The notes under the pieces are model-generated. The model searched no databases, was not told where the DNA came from, and saw only the letters and a list, made by a program, of their open reading frames with translations. DNA of 63,041 bases, taken from assembly GCA_038063995.1 (NCBI GenBank), contig JBBTUA010000003.1:1-63041 (forward strand), written 5' to 3'. Made by a program: the position numbers and the translations under genes. Shown in pieces: positions 8,582 through 17,076 of the stretch; positions within the stretch are counted from its first letter, which is position 1, and every line of letters begins with the position of its first letter. The stretch comes from Patescibacteria group bacterium (GTDB lineage: Bacteria > Patescibacteriota > Minisyncoccia > 2-02-FULL-40-12).

Positions 8582-8734
8582 ATGACGGTTCCAAGAAAAC
8601 ACACAACCAAAAGCAGCCAAGGTCAAAGAAGACAGCACCTGAAACTAAGAAAAATGAGGCTTTTACCCTGCCCAAAATGCGGGAATTTTAGAATGCCTCA
8701 TAAGATGTGTAAAACTTGTGGGTTTTACAAATAA
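8582..8734 (+). CDS. rpmF: 50S ribosomal protein L32
   Basis: Hand-translated 50 aa: MTVPRKHTTKSSQGQRRQHLKLRKMRLLPCPKCGNFRMPHKMCKTCGFYK, with the CxxC...CxxC zinc ribbon. Below the ORF-track length cutoff. Confidence 0.85.
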   Translation: MTVPRKHTTKSSQGQRRQHLKLRKMRLLPCPKCGNFRMPHKMCKTCGFYK

Positions 8735-8747
8735 AAACCACTAATAA

Positions 8748-9212
8748 ATGGCCTCCAGACATTTAGCCAGATCAATCGCAATCCAGTCCCTTTACGAGTG
8801 GGATTTTAAAAATTACCCTACTGAATTTTTACCCGAAATCATTAAAAGAAACATTGAAGAGTTTGGCCCGGGGCTCAAAGACCAGGAATTTGTTGCAAGC
8901 CTGATAAACGGAGTGGTAAGCCATAGAAAAGAGATCGATAATATCATTGAAAAGGCGGCGCCGATGTGGCCGATTGATCAAATCGATATGATTGACCGAA
9001 ATGTTCTGCGCTTGGGCCTTTATGAACTTATATACGAAAACAAAGAAGAGGTTCCGCCAAAAGTAGCCATAAATGAGGCAATTGAACTGGCTAAGAGTTT
9101 TGGCGGTGAAAGTTCGGGAAAATTCATAAATGGAGTTTTAGGAACTGTCTATAGAGAAATAGAGAAAGGCGGCTCCGAAAATAAGAACAGCGATTCCGCA
9201 ACGAATCGCTAA
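8748..9212 (+). CDS. nusB: transcription antitermination factor NusB
   Basis: 154 aa; RHLAR..A.Q.LYE start and NusB fold motifs. The last 8 codons and the stop lie in repeat copy 9186-9240. Confidence 0.9.
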   Translation: MASRHLARSIAIQSLYEWDFKNYPTEFLPEIIKRNIEEFGPGLKDQEFVASLINGVVSHRKEIDNIIEKAAPMWPIDQIDMIDRNVLRLGLYELIYENKEEVPPKVAINEAIELAKSFGGESSGKFINGVLGTVYREIEKGGSENKNSDSATNR

Positions 9213-9240
9213 AGCGATTCGGCGGAACCTTCGACGAGCA
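9186..9240 (+). repeat. GC-rich palindromic repeat, copy 2 (forward)
   Basis: aacagcgattccgcaacgaatcgctaaagcgattcggcggaaccttcgacgagca. Confidence 0.85.
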
Positions 9241-9938
9241 TGGAGACAAACAAAATATTTGAATTTGAAAAAAAACTCGGCATCAATTTTAAAAACCGCG
9301 ACTTATTGCTTGAAGCCTTAACCCATCGTTCTTATCTTAACGAGCGGCCCGACTGGCACATCGACAACAATGAAAGGCTTGAATTTCTTGGAGATGCCGT
9401 TTTAGAATTGATCGTCACCGAAAATCTTTTTAAAAACCACAAGGAGCCGGAAGGAATCTTAACTTCCTGGCGGGCGGCTTTAGTAAATTCCGACATCCTG
9501 GCCGAGATTTCTAAAAAATTGGATCTAAATGAATATGTCTTGCTTTCTCAAGGCGAAAGAAAAGATAACGGCCGAGCTAGACAATATATTTTGGCCAATG
9601 CCTTGGAAGCTGTCATAGGAGCCGTTTATTTGGATCAAGGCTATGAAGAAACCAGAAAACTTGTTGAAAAAAACATCCTTTCTGAATTTTCCAGAATCCT
9701 GGATCAAAAATTGTATAAAGACTCGAAGTCTCTTTTTCAGGAAAAAGCCCAGGAAATAGAAAACACAACTCCTTCTTATAAGGTCTTGGACGAATGGGGG
9801 CCGGACCATTCCAAAACTTTCAAAGTCGGCGTTTATTTGAACGAGGAATTGACCGGAGTCGGATTAGGGCCTTCGAAACAGGAAGCCCAGCAGAAAGCCG
9901 CCGAAGAAGCTCTTCACAAAAAAGGATGGGAATGGTAA
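9240..9938 (+). CDS. rnc: ribonuclease III
   Basis: RNase III signature ERLEFLGDAVLEL plus a C-terminal dsRBD. Confidence 0.95.
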   Translation: METNKIFEFEKKLGINFKNRDLLLEALTHRSYLNERPDWHIDNNERLEFLGDAVLELIVTENLFKNHKEPEGILTSWRAALVNSDILAEISKKLDLNEYVLLSQGERKDNGRARQYILANALEAVIGAVYLDQGYEETRKLVEKNILSEFSRILDQKLYKDSKSLFQEKAQEIENTTPSYKVLDEWGPDHSKTFKVGVYLNEELTGVGLGPSKQEAQQKAAEEALHKKGWEW

Positions 9939-10012
9939 GGTAAGTAAATAAAGGCTTTTACTTGCCTTAGAATGGTCAAGAAAGAACAAGAAAGACAGAA
10001 TAGATAGAAATT

Positions 10013-10321
10013 ATGGCTGAAAAATACAACGATCAAGAATTCGTAGAATATATTGTCAAATCATTAGTCAATCATCCTGACGATGTTATGGTGGATAGGC
10101 GCGTAGACGAAATGGGTGTTCTTTTAACCTTAAAAGTTAATCAAGCTGATATGGCCTTGATAATCGGCAAAAAAGGTTCTACGGCAAGAGCCATAAGAAC
10201 CTTAGCAAGAATAGTCGGTCTAAGAAACCACGCCAGAGTGAATTTCAAGATTGAAGAGCCCGAAGGCTCAATGAGAATGCAAAAAGGAGAAATGGAATCA
10301 GTCGTTGACGAACTTAAATGA
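10013..10321 (+). CDS. KH-domain RNA-binding protein (UPF0109/YlqC-like)
   Basis: IIGKKGSTARAIRTL KH motif; located upstream of trmD as in rpsP-ylqC-rimM-trmD operons. Confidence 0.75.
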   Translation: MAEKYNDQEFVEYIVKSLVNHPDDVMVDRRVDEMGVLLTLKVNQADMALIIGKKGSTARAIRTLARIVGLRNHARVNFKIEEPEGSMRMQKGEMESVVDELK

Positions 10322-10429
10322 TTTTAGTTAAATAGACCTTTCTACTGCAATCTGTAAATTTACGAAAAGCTATCTAACTAAAATCATAGAAAATTAAGGG
10401 GCTGGGTTAGCCCTTTTAATTTAACGGAA

Positions 10430-11065
10430 ATGAGGTTTGATGTCATCACAATCTTCCCTGAAATTTTTGATTCTTTTCTTAAAGAGTCGCTTTTAGCTAA
10501 GGCCATTGATAAAAAAATAATCAAAATAAATATTCATAATCTAAGGAATTTTGCTTACGGCAAACACCAAATAGTGGATGATAAGCCCTATGGCGGCGGG
10601 CCGGGAATGGTCTTGAAAATTGAACCGATTCACAAAGCAATCAAAAAGATAAAAAAGAAAGACTCAAAAGTAATATTTTTATCTCCCCGGGGCAAAAAAT
10701 TCAACCAAAGCCTTGCGCGAAAATGGGCTAAAAACTTAAAACAGCTGATAATAATTTCAGGCCGCTACGAAGGCCTCGATGAAAGAGTTAAAAAAATGGC
10801 TGACGAGACTATAAGCGTTGGTGATTTCATAACCCTTGGCGGCGAAATTCCGGCAATGGCGATTATCGAAGCCGTGGCGCGGCTTAAACCTCGCGTAGTC
10901 GGTCGCGTAGAATCAATAGAAAAACTGGATTTCCCCCAATACACCCGGCCTGAAATTTTTTCTCCTAAAAAAGATGTCAATTGGACTGTCCCCAAAGTTT
11001 TAGTTTCCGGAAACCACAAAAAAATAGAAGAATGGAGAAAAAAACAGGCTAAAGAAATCAAATGA
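10430..11065 (+). CDS. trmD: tRNA (guanine37-N1)-methyltransferase
   Basis: MRFDVITIFPE..., DDKPYGGGPGMV, GRYEGLDERV motifs. Confidence 0.92.
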   Translation: MRFDVITIFPEIFDSFLKESLLAKAIDKKIIKINIHNLRNFAYGKHQIVDDKPYGGGPGMVLKIEPIHKAIKKIKKKDSKVIFLSPRGKKFNQSLARKWAKNLKQLIIISGRYEGLDERVKKMADETISVGDFITLGGEIPAMAIIEAVARLKPRVVGRVESIEKLDFPQYTRPEIFSPKKDVNWTVPKVLVSGNHKKIEEWRKKQAKEIK

Positions 11066-11472
11066 GCACCAGGGAGTTTGGACTATTTGCCGAAGGTATT
11101 GCCAGGCATTATCTTATTAAAAAAGGCTATAAAATCTTGGCCTCGAACTTTAAACTAAAATTTGGCGAGCTGGATATTGTCGCCCAAAAAGAAGATAAAA
11201 TAATCTTCTTTGAAGTAAAGGCCCTTAAAAACTCCTACGAAGACTATAATCCCGAAATGAGGGTTGATTACAAAAAGAAAAATAAATTAATTAAGCTTGG
11301 TCAAGCTTTTATGCTGTATAAAAAGCTGGATGATGTGCCCTGGCAGATAGATGTTATTTCGGTCACCTTGGATCCAGAAAATAGACCCGAAAAGTCCCGT
11401 GAGGGACCTCGGGTCACCTTTACGGGAAAAGCGAAAATAAAACATTTTAAAAATGCGTTCAGTGATAACTGA
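11062..11472 (+). CDS. YraN-family (UPF0102) endonuclease-like protein
   Basis: GE..A..YL...GY.IL..N.....GELDIVA......FFEVK motif. Confidence 0.75.
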   Translation: MSTREFGLFAEGIARHYLIKKGYKILASNFKLKFGELDIVAQKEDKIIFFEVKALKNSYEDYNPEMRVDYKKKNKLIKLGQAFMLYKKLDDVPWQIDVISVTLDPENRPEKSREGPRVTFTGKAKIKHFKNAFSDN

Positions 11473-11965
11473 AAATCAAAAAGAAACAAAAAAAATTGCC
11501 GGCGAGCTGGCTAAAAAACTGATTAGAAAAAAACCGGAAAAAGCCCTGGTTATAGCTTTATCCGGAGAGTTAGGAAGCGGCAAAACAACTTTTGTGAGCG
11601 GTTTTTCAAAAATACTGGGAGTTAACGAAAAAATCTTAAGTCCTACCTTTATTATAATGCACAAACACGAATTAAACCCTGGCAAAAAACCAAACAGCGA
11701 TTCCGCAACGAGCCGCAAGCGGCTCGGCGGAACCTTCGACGAGCAACATAAAACCTATAAATTTCTCTATCATATTGACGCTTACCGGCTAGAAAACAAA
11801 AATGACTTATTAAAACTCGGAGTTAAAAAACTTTTTTATAATCCTGAAAATATCGTTATGATCGAGTGGGCTGATAAAGTTAAAAAGATAATACCAAAAA
11901 GAACTGTCTGGATATATTTTAAACATTCAGGCAAAAATAAAAGAACAATAAATTATCACCTTTGA
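11453..11965 (+). CDS. tsaE: tRNA t6A37 biosynthesis ATPase TsaE, carrying an in-frame repeat insertion
   Basis: Walker A GELGSGKTTF, SPTF, LYHIDAYRL motifs. The 18-codon segment NSDSATSRKRLGGTFDEQ is encoded by repeat copy 11693-11746. Confidence 0.8.
   Translation: MRSVITENQKETKKIAGELAKKLIRKKPEKALVIALSGELGSGKTTFVSGFSKILGVNEKILSPTFIIMHKHELNPGKKPNSDSATSRKRLGGTFDEQHKTYKFLYHIDAYRLENKNDLLKLGVKKLFYNPENIVMIEWADKVKKIIPKRTVWIYFKHSGKNKRTINYHL
11693..11746 (+). repeat. GC-rich palindromic repeat, copy 3 (forward)
   Basis: aacagcgattccgcaacgagccgcaagcggctcggcggaaccttcgacgagcaa; the core is identical to copy 1. Confidence 0.85.
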
Positions 11966-11966
11966 A

Positions 11967-14336
11967 ATGAAGAAATTGATACTTGTCGATGCAAACGCAG
12001 TGATCCACCGAGCTTTCCATGCCTTGCCGCCTCTTAAAAGCCAAAAAGGCATAGTGACCAACGCGGTTTTCGGATTTTCCTCCATCCTCTTAAAAATGCT
12101 GAAAGATCTGGAGCCAGACTACGTTGTCGCGGCCTATGATCTTCCTGGACCGACTTTCCGCCACGAAGCTTACAAAGAATACAAAATCCACCGGGCAAAG
12201 ACACCGGATGAACTTTCAAACCAAATGCCTTTAACCAAAGATGTGCTTAAATCATTTGGCATTCCGGTTTTGGGAAAAAAGGGGTACGAAGCCGACGACA
12301 TCATTGGCTCCCTCGTGGAAAAATTCAAAAAAGAAAAAGATTTAAAAATAATCGTGGTGACCGGAGATTTGGATACTTTGCAGCTGGTAAAAGACAAAAA
12401 AGTTGTAGTCTATACGATGAAAAGAGGGCTTTCAGACACGGTAATTTACGATGAAGATACGGTAATGGAAAGATTCAACTTAAAACCTGAACAGCTAACC
12501 GATTATAAAGGACTGAAAGGGGATCCTTCAGACAATATTCCGGGAGTTAAAGGCATCGGCGACAAAACCGCTTCTGAACTGATCAAAGAATACGGCTCCA
12601 TTGAAAATCTTTATAAAGAAGCCAAGTCTCCCAAAACTAAAATCAAGGAATCGATAAAAAAGAAGCTTCTTGAGTCAGAAGAAGAGGCAATTTTTTCAAA
12701 ACACCTGGCAATGATGGTCAAAGATCTGGAAGTAGACGTAGATCTAAATCAAGCTGACTGGAAAAGCAATTTTAAACGGGCGGATTTGGAAAATTTGTTC
12801 AAAGAATTCAGCTTTTCGAGTTTAATTGCCAGAATTCCTGATTTAAAAAAACAGACTTTGTTCCCTGCGCCCCAAAAACTGGAACTGCCAAAATCAAGTG
12901 AATTCCCCGCTGATTTAAAAGATGGGGCCAAAAAAATACAAATTGCGGCTTGGCTCCTCAATTCAGAACTAAAGGAACCGATTTTGGATGAGGTTTATTT
13001 CGCCGAATTCGGCCAGTCAGTTCCTGATGGCCAATACAAAGAAAAAGATATTTCCAAACTATATGAAAGCTTGCAAAGAAAACTTAAAGACGCGGGCCTG
13101 AATAAAGTCTTTGAAGAAATTGAGTTGCCTTTAATTCCGGTCCTGGACGAAATGGAAAAAAACGGCATCAAAATTGATGAAAAGGCCATAAAAGAACTTG
13201 ACCGATTCGCCAAAAAAGAAATCGAAAAACTGGAGGATAAGATTTTCAAGCTTGCCGGAATTAAATTTAATATCAACTCAACCCAGCAGTTAAGCGAAGT
13301 CCTCTTTAACCGTTTAAATATCAGCGGCAAAATAAGAAAGACTCCCAAAGGAAAACTTTCAACCAAAGCCGCAGAGCTTGAAAAATTAAGAGAGGCTCAT
13401 CCGATAATTCCCCTGCTCCTTGAATACCGGGAATTGCAAAAACTCAAAACGACCTATATTGATCCGTTCCCCAAACTTACCGGGAAAGACGGCCGAATTC
13501 ATACTACTTTTATCCAAACAGGCACAGTCACCGGCCGTTTGGCTTCCCAAAATCCAAATCTTCAGAACATTCCCATAAAAACCGAGCTCGGCCAGAAGTT
13601 CAGAAAGATCTTTATCGCCGAAAAGGGCTACAAACTAGTTTCGCTCGACTATTCCCAGATTGATTTGAGAATCGCCGCTCATATCGCCGGCGACCAAAAA
13701 ATGACAGCCGCTTTCAAAAAAGGAGAAGACATCCACTTAAGAACCGCGGCCGAAGTATTTGAAATTCCACCGGAAAATATAACTCCGGCAATGAGAAGAA
13801 AAGCCAAAGCCTTGAATTTCGGAATAATCTACGGGATGGGGTCCCAAGGATTCGCCCGCTCCGCCGGAATAAAACAGGCTGAAGCAAAAAAATTCATAGA
13901 GAGATATTTTGAAGAATTCCCGAAAATAGCCGAATATATGGAGGAAATGAAGAATGAAGCCCACGAAAAAGGAATGGTCAAAAATCTTCTGGGAAGAAGA
14001 AGGCAGTTAAACGAGATCTATTCTTCAATTCCGGAAATGGTCAGACAGGCAGAACGGATGGCCATCAATTTCCCGGTTCAAAGCATGACCAGCGATATAA
14101 CAAAAATGGCGATGATAAAAATTTATGATTACATACAAAAAAATTATAAAAAAGAAGATATTAAAATACTGCTTCAGGTGCATGACGAAATTGTTCTGGA
14201 AGCTAAAGAGGACGTCGCCGAAAAGGCGGCCGAAGAATTAAGAAAAATTATGGAGAGTGTGTACGAGTTAGATGCATCGCTAGTCGCCGAAGCAAAGGCC
14301 GGAGACAACTGGCATGATCTAAAACTAATAAATTGA
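11967..14336 (+). CDS. polA: DNA polymerase I
   Basis: 789 aa; 5' nuclease domain (LVDANAV.HRAF, GDPSDNIPGV.GIG.KTA) and family A polymerase motifs (DYSQIDLR, NFGIIYGM, QVHDE). Confidence 0.95.
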   Translation: MKKLILVDANAVIHRAFHALPPLKSQKGIVTNAVFGFSSILLKMLKDLEPDYVVAAYDLPGPTFRHEAYKEYKIHRAKTPDELSNQMPLTKDVLKSFGIPVLGKKGYEADDIIGSLVEKFKKEKDLKIIVVTGDLDTLQLVKDKKVVVYTMKRGLSDTVIYDEDTVMERFNLKPEQLTDYKGLKGDPSDNIPGVKGIGDKTASELIKEYGSIENLYKEAKSPKTKIKESIKKKLLESEEEAIFSKHLAMMVKDLEVDVDLNQADWKSNFKRADLENLFKEFSFSSLIARIPDLKKQTLFPAPQKLELPKSSEFPADLKDGAKKIQIAAWLLNSELKEPILDEVYFAEFGQSVPDGQYKEKDISKLYESLQRKLKDAGLNKVFEEIELPLIPVLDEMEKNGIKIDEKAIKELDRFAKKEIEKLEDKIFKLAGIKFNINSTQQLSEVLFNRLNISGKIRKTPKGKLSTKAAELEKLREAHPIIPLLLEYRELQKLKTTYIDPFPKLTGKDGRIHTTFIQTGTVTGRLASQNPNLQNIPIKTELGQKFRKIFIAEKGYKLVSLDYSQIDLRIAAHIAGDQKMTAAFKKGEDIHLRTAAEVFEIPPENITPAMRRKAKALNFGIIYGMGSQGFARSAGIKQAEAKKFIERYFEEFPKIAEYMEEMKNEAHEKGMVKNLLGRRRQLNEIYSSIPEMVRQAERMAINFPVQSMTSDITKMAMIKIYDYIQKNYKKEDIKILLQVHDEIVLEAKEDVAEKAAEELRKIMESVYELDASLVAEAKAGDNWHDLKLIN

Positions 14337-14337
14337 T

Positions 14338-15237
14338 GTGCCCGAACTTCCAGAAGTAGAAACAATCGCAAAATATTTGAGGCCAAAAATAGTTGGTTTA
14401 AAGATAACCGATGTTTGGGCTGACCGTGAAAAACCGTTAAGACAGGCCGGCGGGCTTAAAAAGTTTTTAAAAGAAGTTAAAAACAAAAAAATCAAAGAGG
14501 TAAGGAGAAGAGCCAAATTCATTATTATTGATCTTGAAGGGCCTAAATCAATTTTTATTCATCAAAAAATATCAGGGCATCTGCTTTACGGAAAATGGAA
14601 GAAAAACAGAAACACTTGGAATTCTTTATCAAAAGGGCCGCTTCGCGATGACCCGCAGAATAAATACTTGCGGATAATTTTTTCATTGAATAACGGGAAT
14701 CAGCTTGCCTTATCGGATTTGAGAAGATTCGGAAAAGTACTACTTGTGGGAAATAAAGAAATAGAAAATTTGAATGAAATCAAAAAACTCGGGCCAGAAC
14801 CATTTGAAATAAATTTTGAAGAATTTAAAAATTTATTCAACCCTTCGATAAAACTCAAGGTAAGGAAAAAGGGACGGCTAAAACCTGTTTTGATGGATCC
14901 TTATTTTATCGCCGGGATCGGCAATATTTATTCAGACGAAATTTTGTGGGACGCCGGCTATCATCCCCTTTCCAGAGTTGAGAAACTAAAAGAAAAAGAT
15001 TTAAAAAAGGTATTTGACTCGACTATTAAGATTCTTAAAAAGGCAATCGAAAGTCAGGGTTCAAGCATAGATGACTACCGACTCCCGTCCGGCGAAAAAG
15101 GACATTATCAGGAAATTCAAAATGCTTACCAGCAGACCGGGAAAAAGTGCAAAAAAAGTGACGGCGGAGTAATCCAGCGTCTTAAAATCACCGGCCGCTC
15201 CGCACATTTCTGCCCGGTGCATCAAAAGAGACTATAG
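14338..15237 (+). CDS. mutM: formamidopyrimidine-DNA glycosylase
   Basis: N-terminal (M)PELPEVE, H2TH region, C-terminal zinc finger C..x..C...C; GTG start. Confidence 0.9.
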   Translation: MPELPEVETIAKYLRPKIVGLKITDVWADREKPLRQAGGLKKFLKEVKNKKIKEVRRRAKFIIIDLEGPKSIFIHQKISGHLLYGKWKKNRNTWNSLSKGPLRDDPQNKYLRIIFSLNNGNQLALSDLRRFGKVLLVGNKEIENLNEIKKLGPEPFEINFEEFKNLFNPSIKLKVRKKGRLKPVLMDPYFIAGIGNIYSDEILWDAGYHPLSRVEKLKEKDLKKVFDSTIKILKKAIESQGSSIDDYRLPSGEKGHYQEIQNAYQQTGKKCKKSDGGVIQRLKITGRSAHFCPVHQKRL

Positions 15238-15444
15238 CAAAAGTATAACCAATTTCTTCTCTCAAGCTCATAGAACAAATAATCTTCAGATATATTGAAT
15301 TGCCGACAATATAATGGGGAACCCCTACCCCATTATATTGTTATTGAAGAAAAAGAAAGTAAGGTAGCAATCCGTCAATTCTTCATATCTTTCAGTTATT
15401 TGTATTCTATTCCCTTGTAGTTCAGAAATTGGTTATACTTTTGC
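15237..15444. repeat. ~208 nt nested imperfect palindrome (copy B)
   Basis: gcaaaagtataaccaatttc (15237-15256) is the perfect reverse complement of 15425-15444. The interior matches copy A except for the outer stem and one apical sub-hairpin. Confidence 0.8.
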
Positions 15445-16065
15445 CAGTCTTTTTTGAGATTCCGTCTCGGCAGACCTCACCGGCGAAGCCCAAAGAAAAA
15501 AGCGGTTTGATGTTATCGTACCGCTTTGGAAGCTACATAAAGACCTCTGGCCTCTTCGGATTTTAGAACTTCTTTTGCATAGAACTGCAAGATATAATCC
15601 TTAGCTCACCTCCATATTAAGAACTCAACAAAACCAATATTTAACTAAGTTTCTAAAAGGCCTGAAAAAATGGCTTGATGCGCCTGTGCCTGAAATATTA
15701 GTTAGAATCTACTAGAGATACAAAATACTGGCTTTATTGAGCCCTAAATGCCTCAAAGAGAGAAATTTAACTATACCTACATTATAGCACTAAGATATAT
15801 AATTTGTCAAATGCAAACTTTTGGTCTCTGTTTTAGTATAGAAAGCAGATTAAAAAAGAAAAATAGAAAGCGGCAAGGCGTATCAATTTCTGAGTCGGGT
15901 AGTCGTCTTAGAAAATGGCCGGTATCTTTGCGAAGAATTGCCGAGCTTTAATAAATCTATAGTGGAGGTATCCTGATTTATCGGCAATTCGAGCAAAGTG
16001 GTGAGCCATTTTCAAGAAGGGCTCCCAAACGAAGAAATTGATATGCCTTGCGCAAGCTTTCTAAA
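15237..16065. repeat. IR block B: inverted-orientation copy of 6934-7378, with a ~400 bp extra insert
   Basis: 15251-15342 is a 92 nt perfect reverse-complement match to 7277-7368. 15855-16065 matches the reverse complement of ~6934-7140 with scattered mismatches. It lacks the terminal inverted repeats of block A. Confidence 0.8.
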
Positions 16066-16071
16066 TTCCTA

Positions 16072-17013
16072 ATGATCATCTTTCTCCACGGCCAAGACTC
16101 ATACAGTTTAATTCAATACGTAAACAATCTTATCGCCAGATACGAAAAAAAATATCCGGGCAGTTTTAATTTCCATCGCTTCGACTTGGAAGAAGACGAT
16201 CCTGCCGAAATCAAAAATGTAATCAAGAGTACATCGTTTTTCAAACAGGTAAAATTCGCAGTCGTCAAAAATCCATTTGCCAAAAGTGAAGTTATGGAAA
16301 AATTGATAAAGGAAAATAGCCTGGAAAAAGACAAAGATTCGGTTTTGCTTCTTTATCAAACAGGCGAAGAAGAAAAGTTTAAAAATTTGAAGTTATTTGA
16401 TTTATTGAATAAAACGGCTCAAATAAAAGAATTCAAACCGCCGGAACGGCCAAAAGCCGCGAAATTCGCCTCTGATTATCTTTCAAAAAACCAGATATCA
16501 ATAGAAAGAACAGCCTTGAATAAGTTAGTCAAAGAAGGCGGCTCTGATTTTTGGAGGCTTAAAAATGAACTTGATAAACTTATTAATTTTTCAAAACAGA
16601 ACAAAGCCATAAATCTAAAAGAAGAAGATCTTTCAAAGTTAGTCAGTTTTAAACTTGACCAGAATATTTTTAACATCCTTGACTCTCTTTTTTCAAACCA
16701 AAGCAAAGCTTTGCTTCTTCTAGAGGATTATTTTTCTTCCGGCGGCGACCCTCTTTACCTTATTTCAATGATTGCTTTCCAGCTAAAAAATATGCTAATA
16801 GTTCGAGAGTTGATAGACAAAAAAATGCAGTACGCCCAAATCCTTAAAAAGACCGGCATGCATCCGTTTTTCTTCAAAAAAATTTACGAGGCATCTAAAA
16901 AATACAGCCTTAGCGACTTAAAAAATATTTTCCGAAAAGCAGTTGATTTTGAAATGGCTTTAAAAACAGGCCAGGCTGAAGCTGAAACCGCTTTTTTCAA
17001 AATTTTTCTTTAA
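16072..17013 (+). CDS. holA: DNA polymerase III delta subunit
   Basis: N-terminal IIFLHGQDSY start and overall delta-subunit layout. The ORF track starts at a TTG (16048) inside the repeat; the ATG at 16072 is more plausible. Confidence 0.7.
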   Translation: MIIFLHGQDSYSLIQYVNNLIARYEKKYPGSFNFHRFDLEEDDPAEIKNVIKSTSFFKQVKFAVVKNPFAKSEVMEKLIKENSLEKDKDSVLLLYQTGEEEKFKNLKLFDLLNKTAQIKEFKPPERPKAAKFASDYLSKNQISIERTALNKLVKEGGSDFWRLKNELDKLINFSKQNKAINLKEEDLSKLVSFKLDQNIFNILDSLFSNQSKALLLLEDYFSSGGDPLYLISMIAFQLKNMLIVRELIDKKMQYAQILKKTGMHPFFFKKIYEASKKYSLSDLKNIFRKAVDFEMALKTGQAEAETAFFKIFL

Positions 17014-17066
17014 CAGCGATTCCGCTACGATTCGCTCCGCGAATCGGCGGAACCTTCGACGAGCAA
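17012..17066 (+). repeat. GC-rich palindromic repeat, copy 4 (forward)
   Basis: aacagcgattccgctacgattcgctccgcgaatcggcggaaccttcgacgagcaa; it begins inside the holA TAA stop. Confidence 0.85.
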
Positions 17067-17076
17067 TGGAAATGGT

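Noticed and set aside
15748-15951. 67 aa plus-strand ORF in inverted-repeat block B
   Set aside because: It has no SD. Its 3' part is the decayed repeat ORF fragment, which is stop-interrupted immediately afterwards. I treat it as pseudogene debris rather than a gene.
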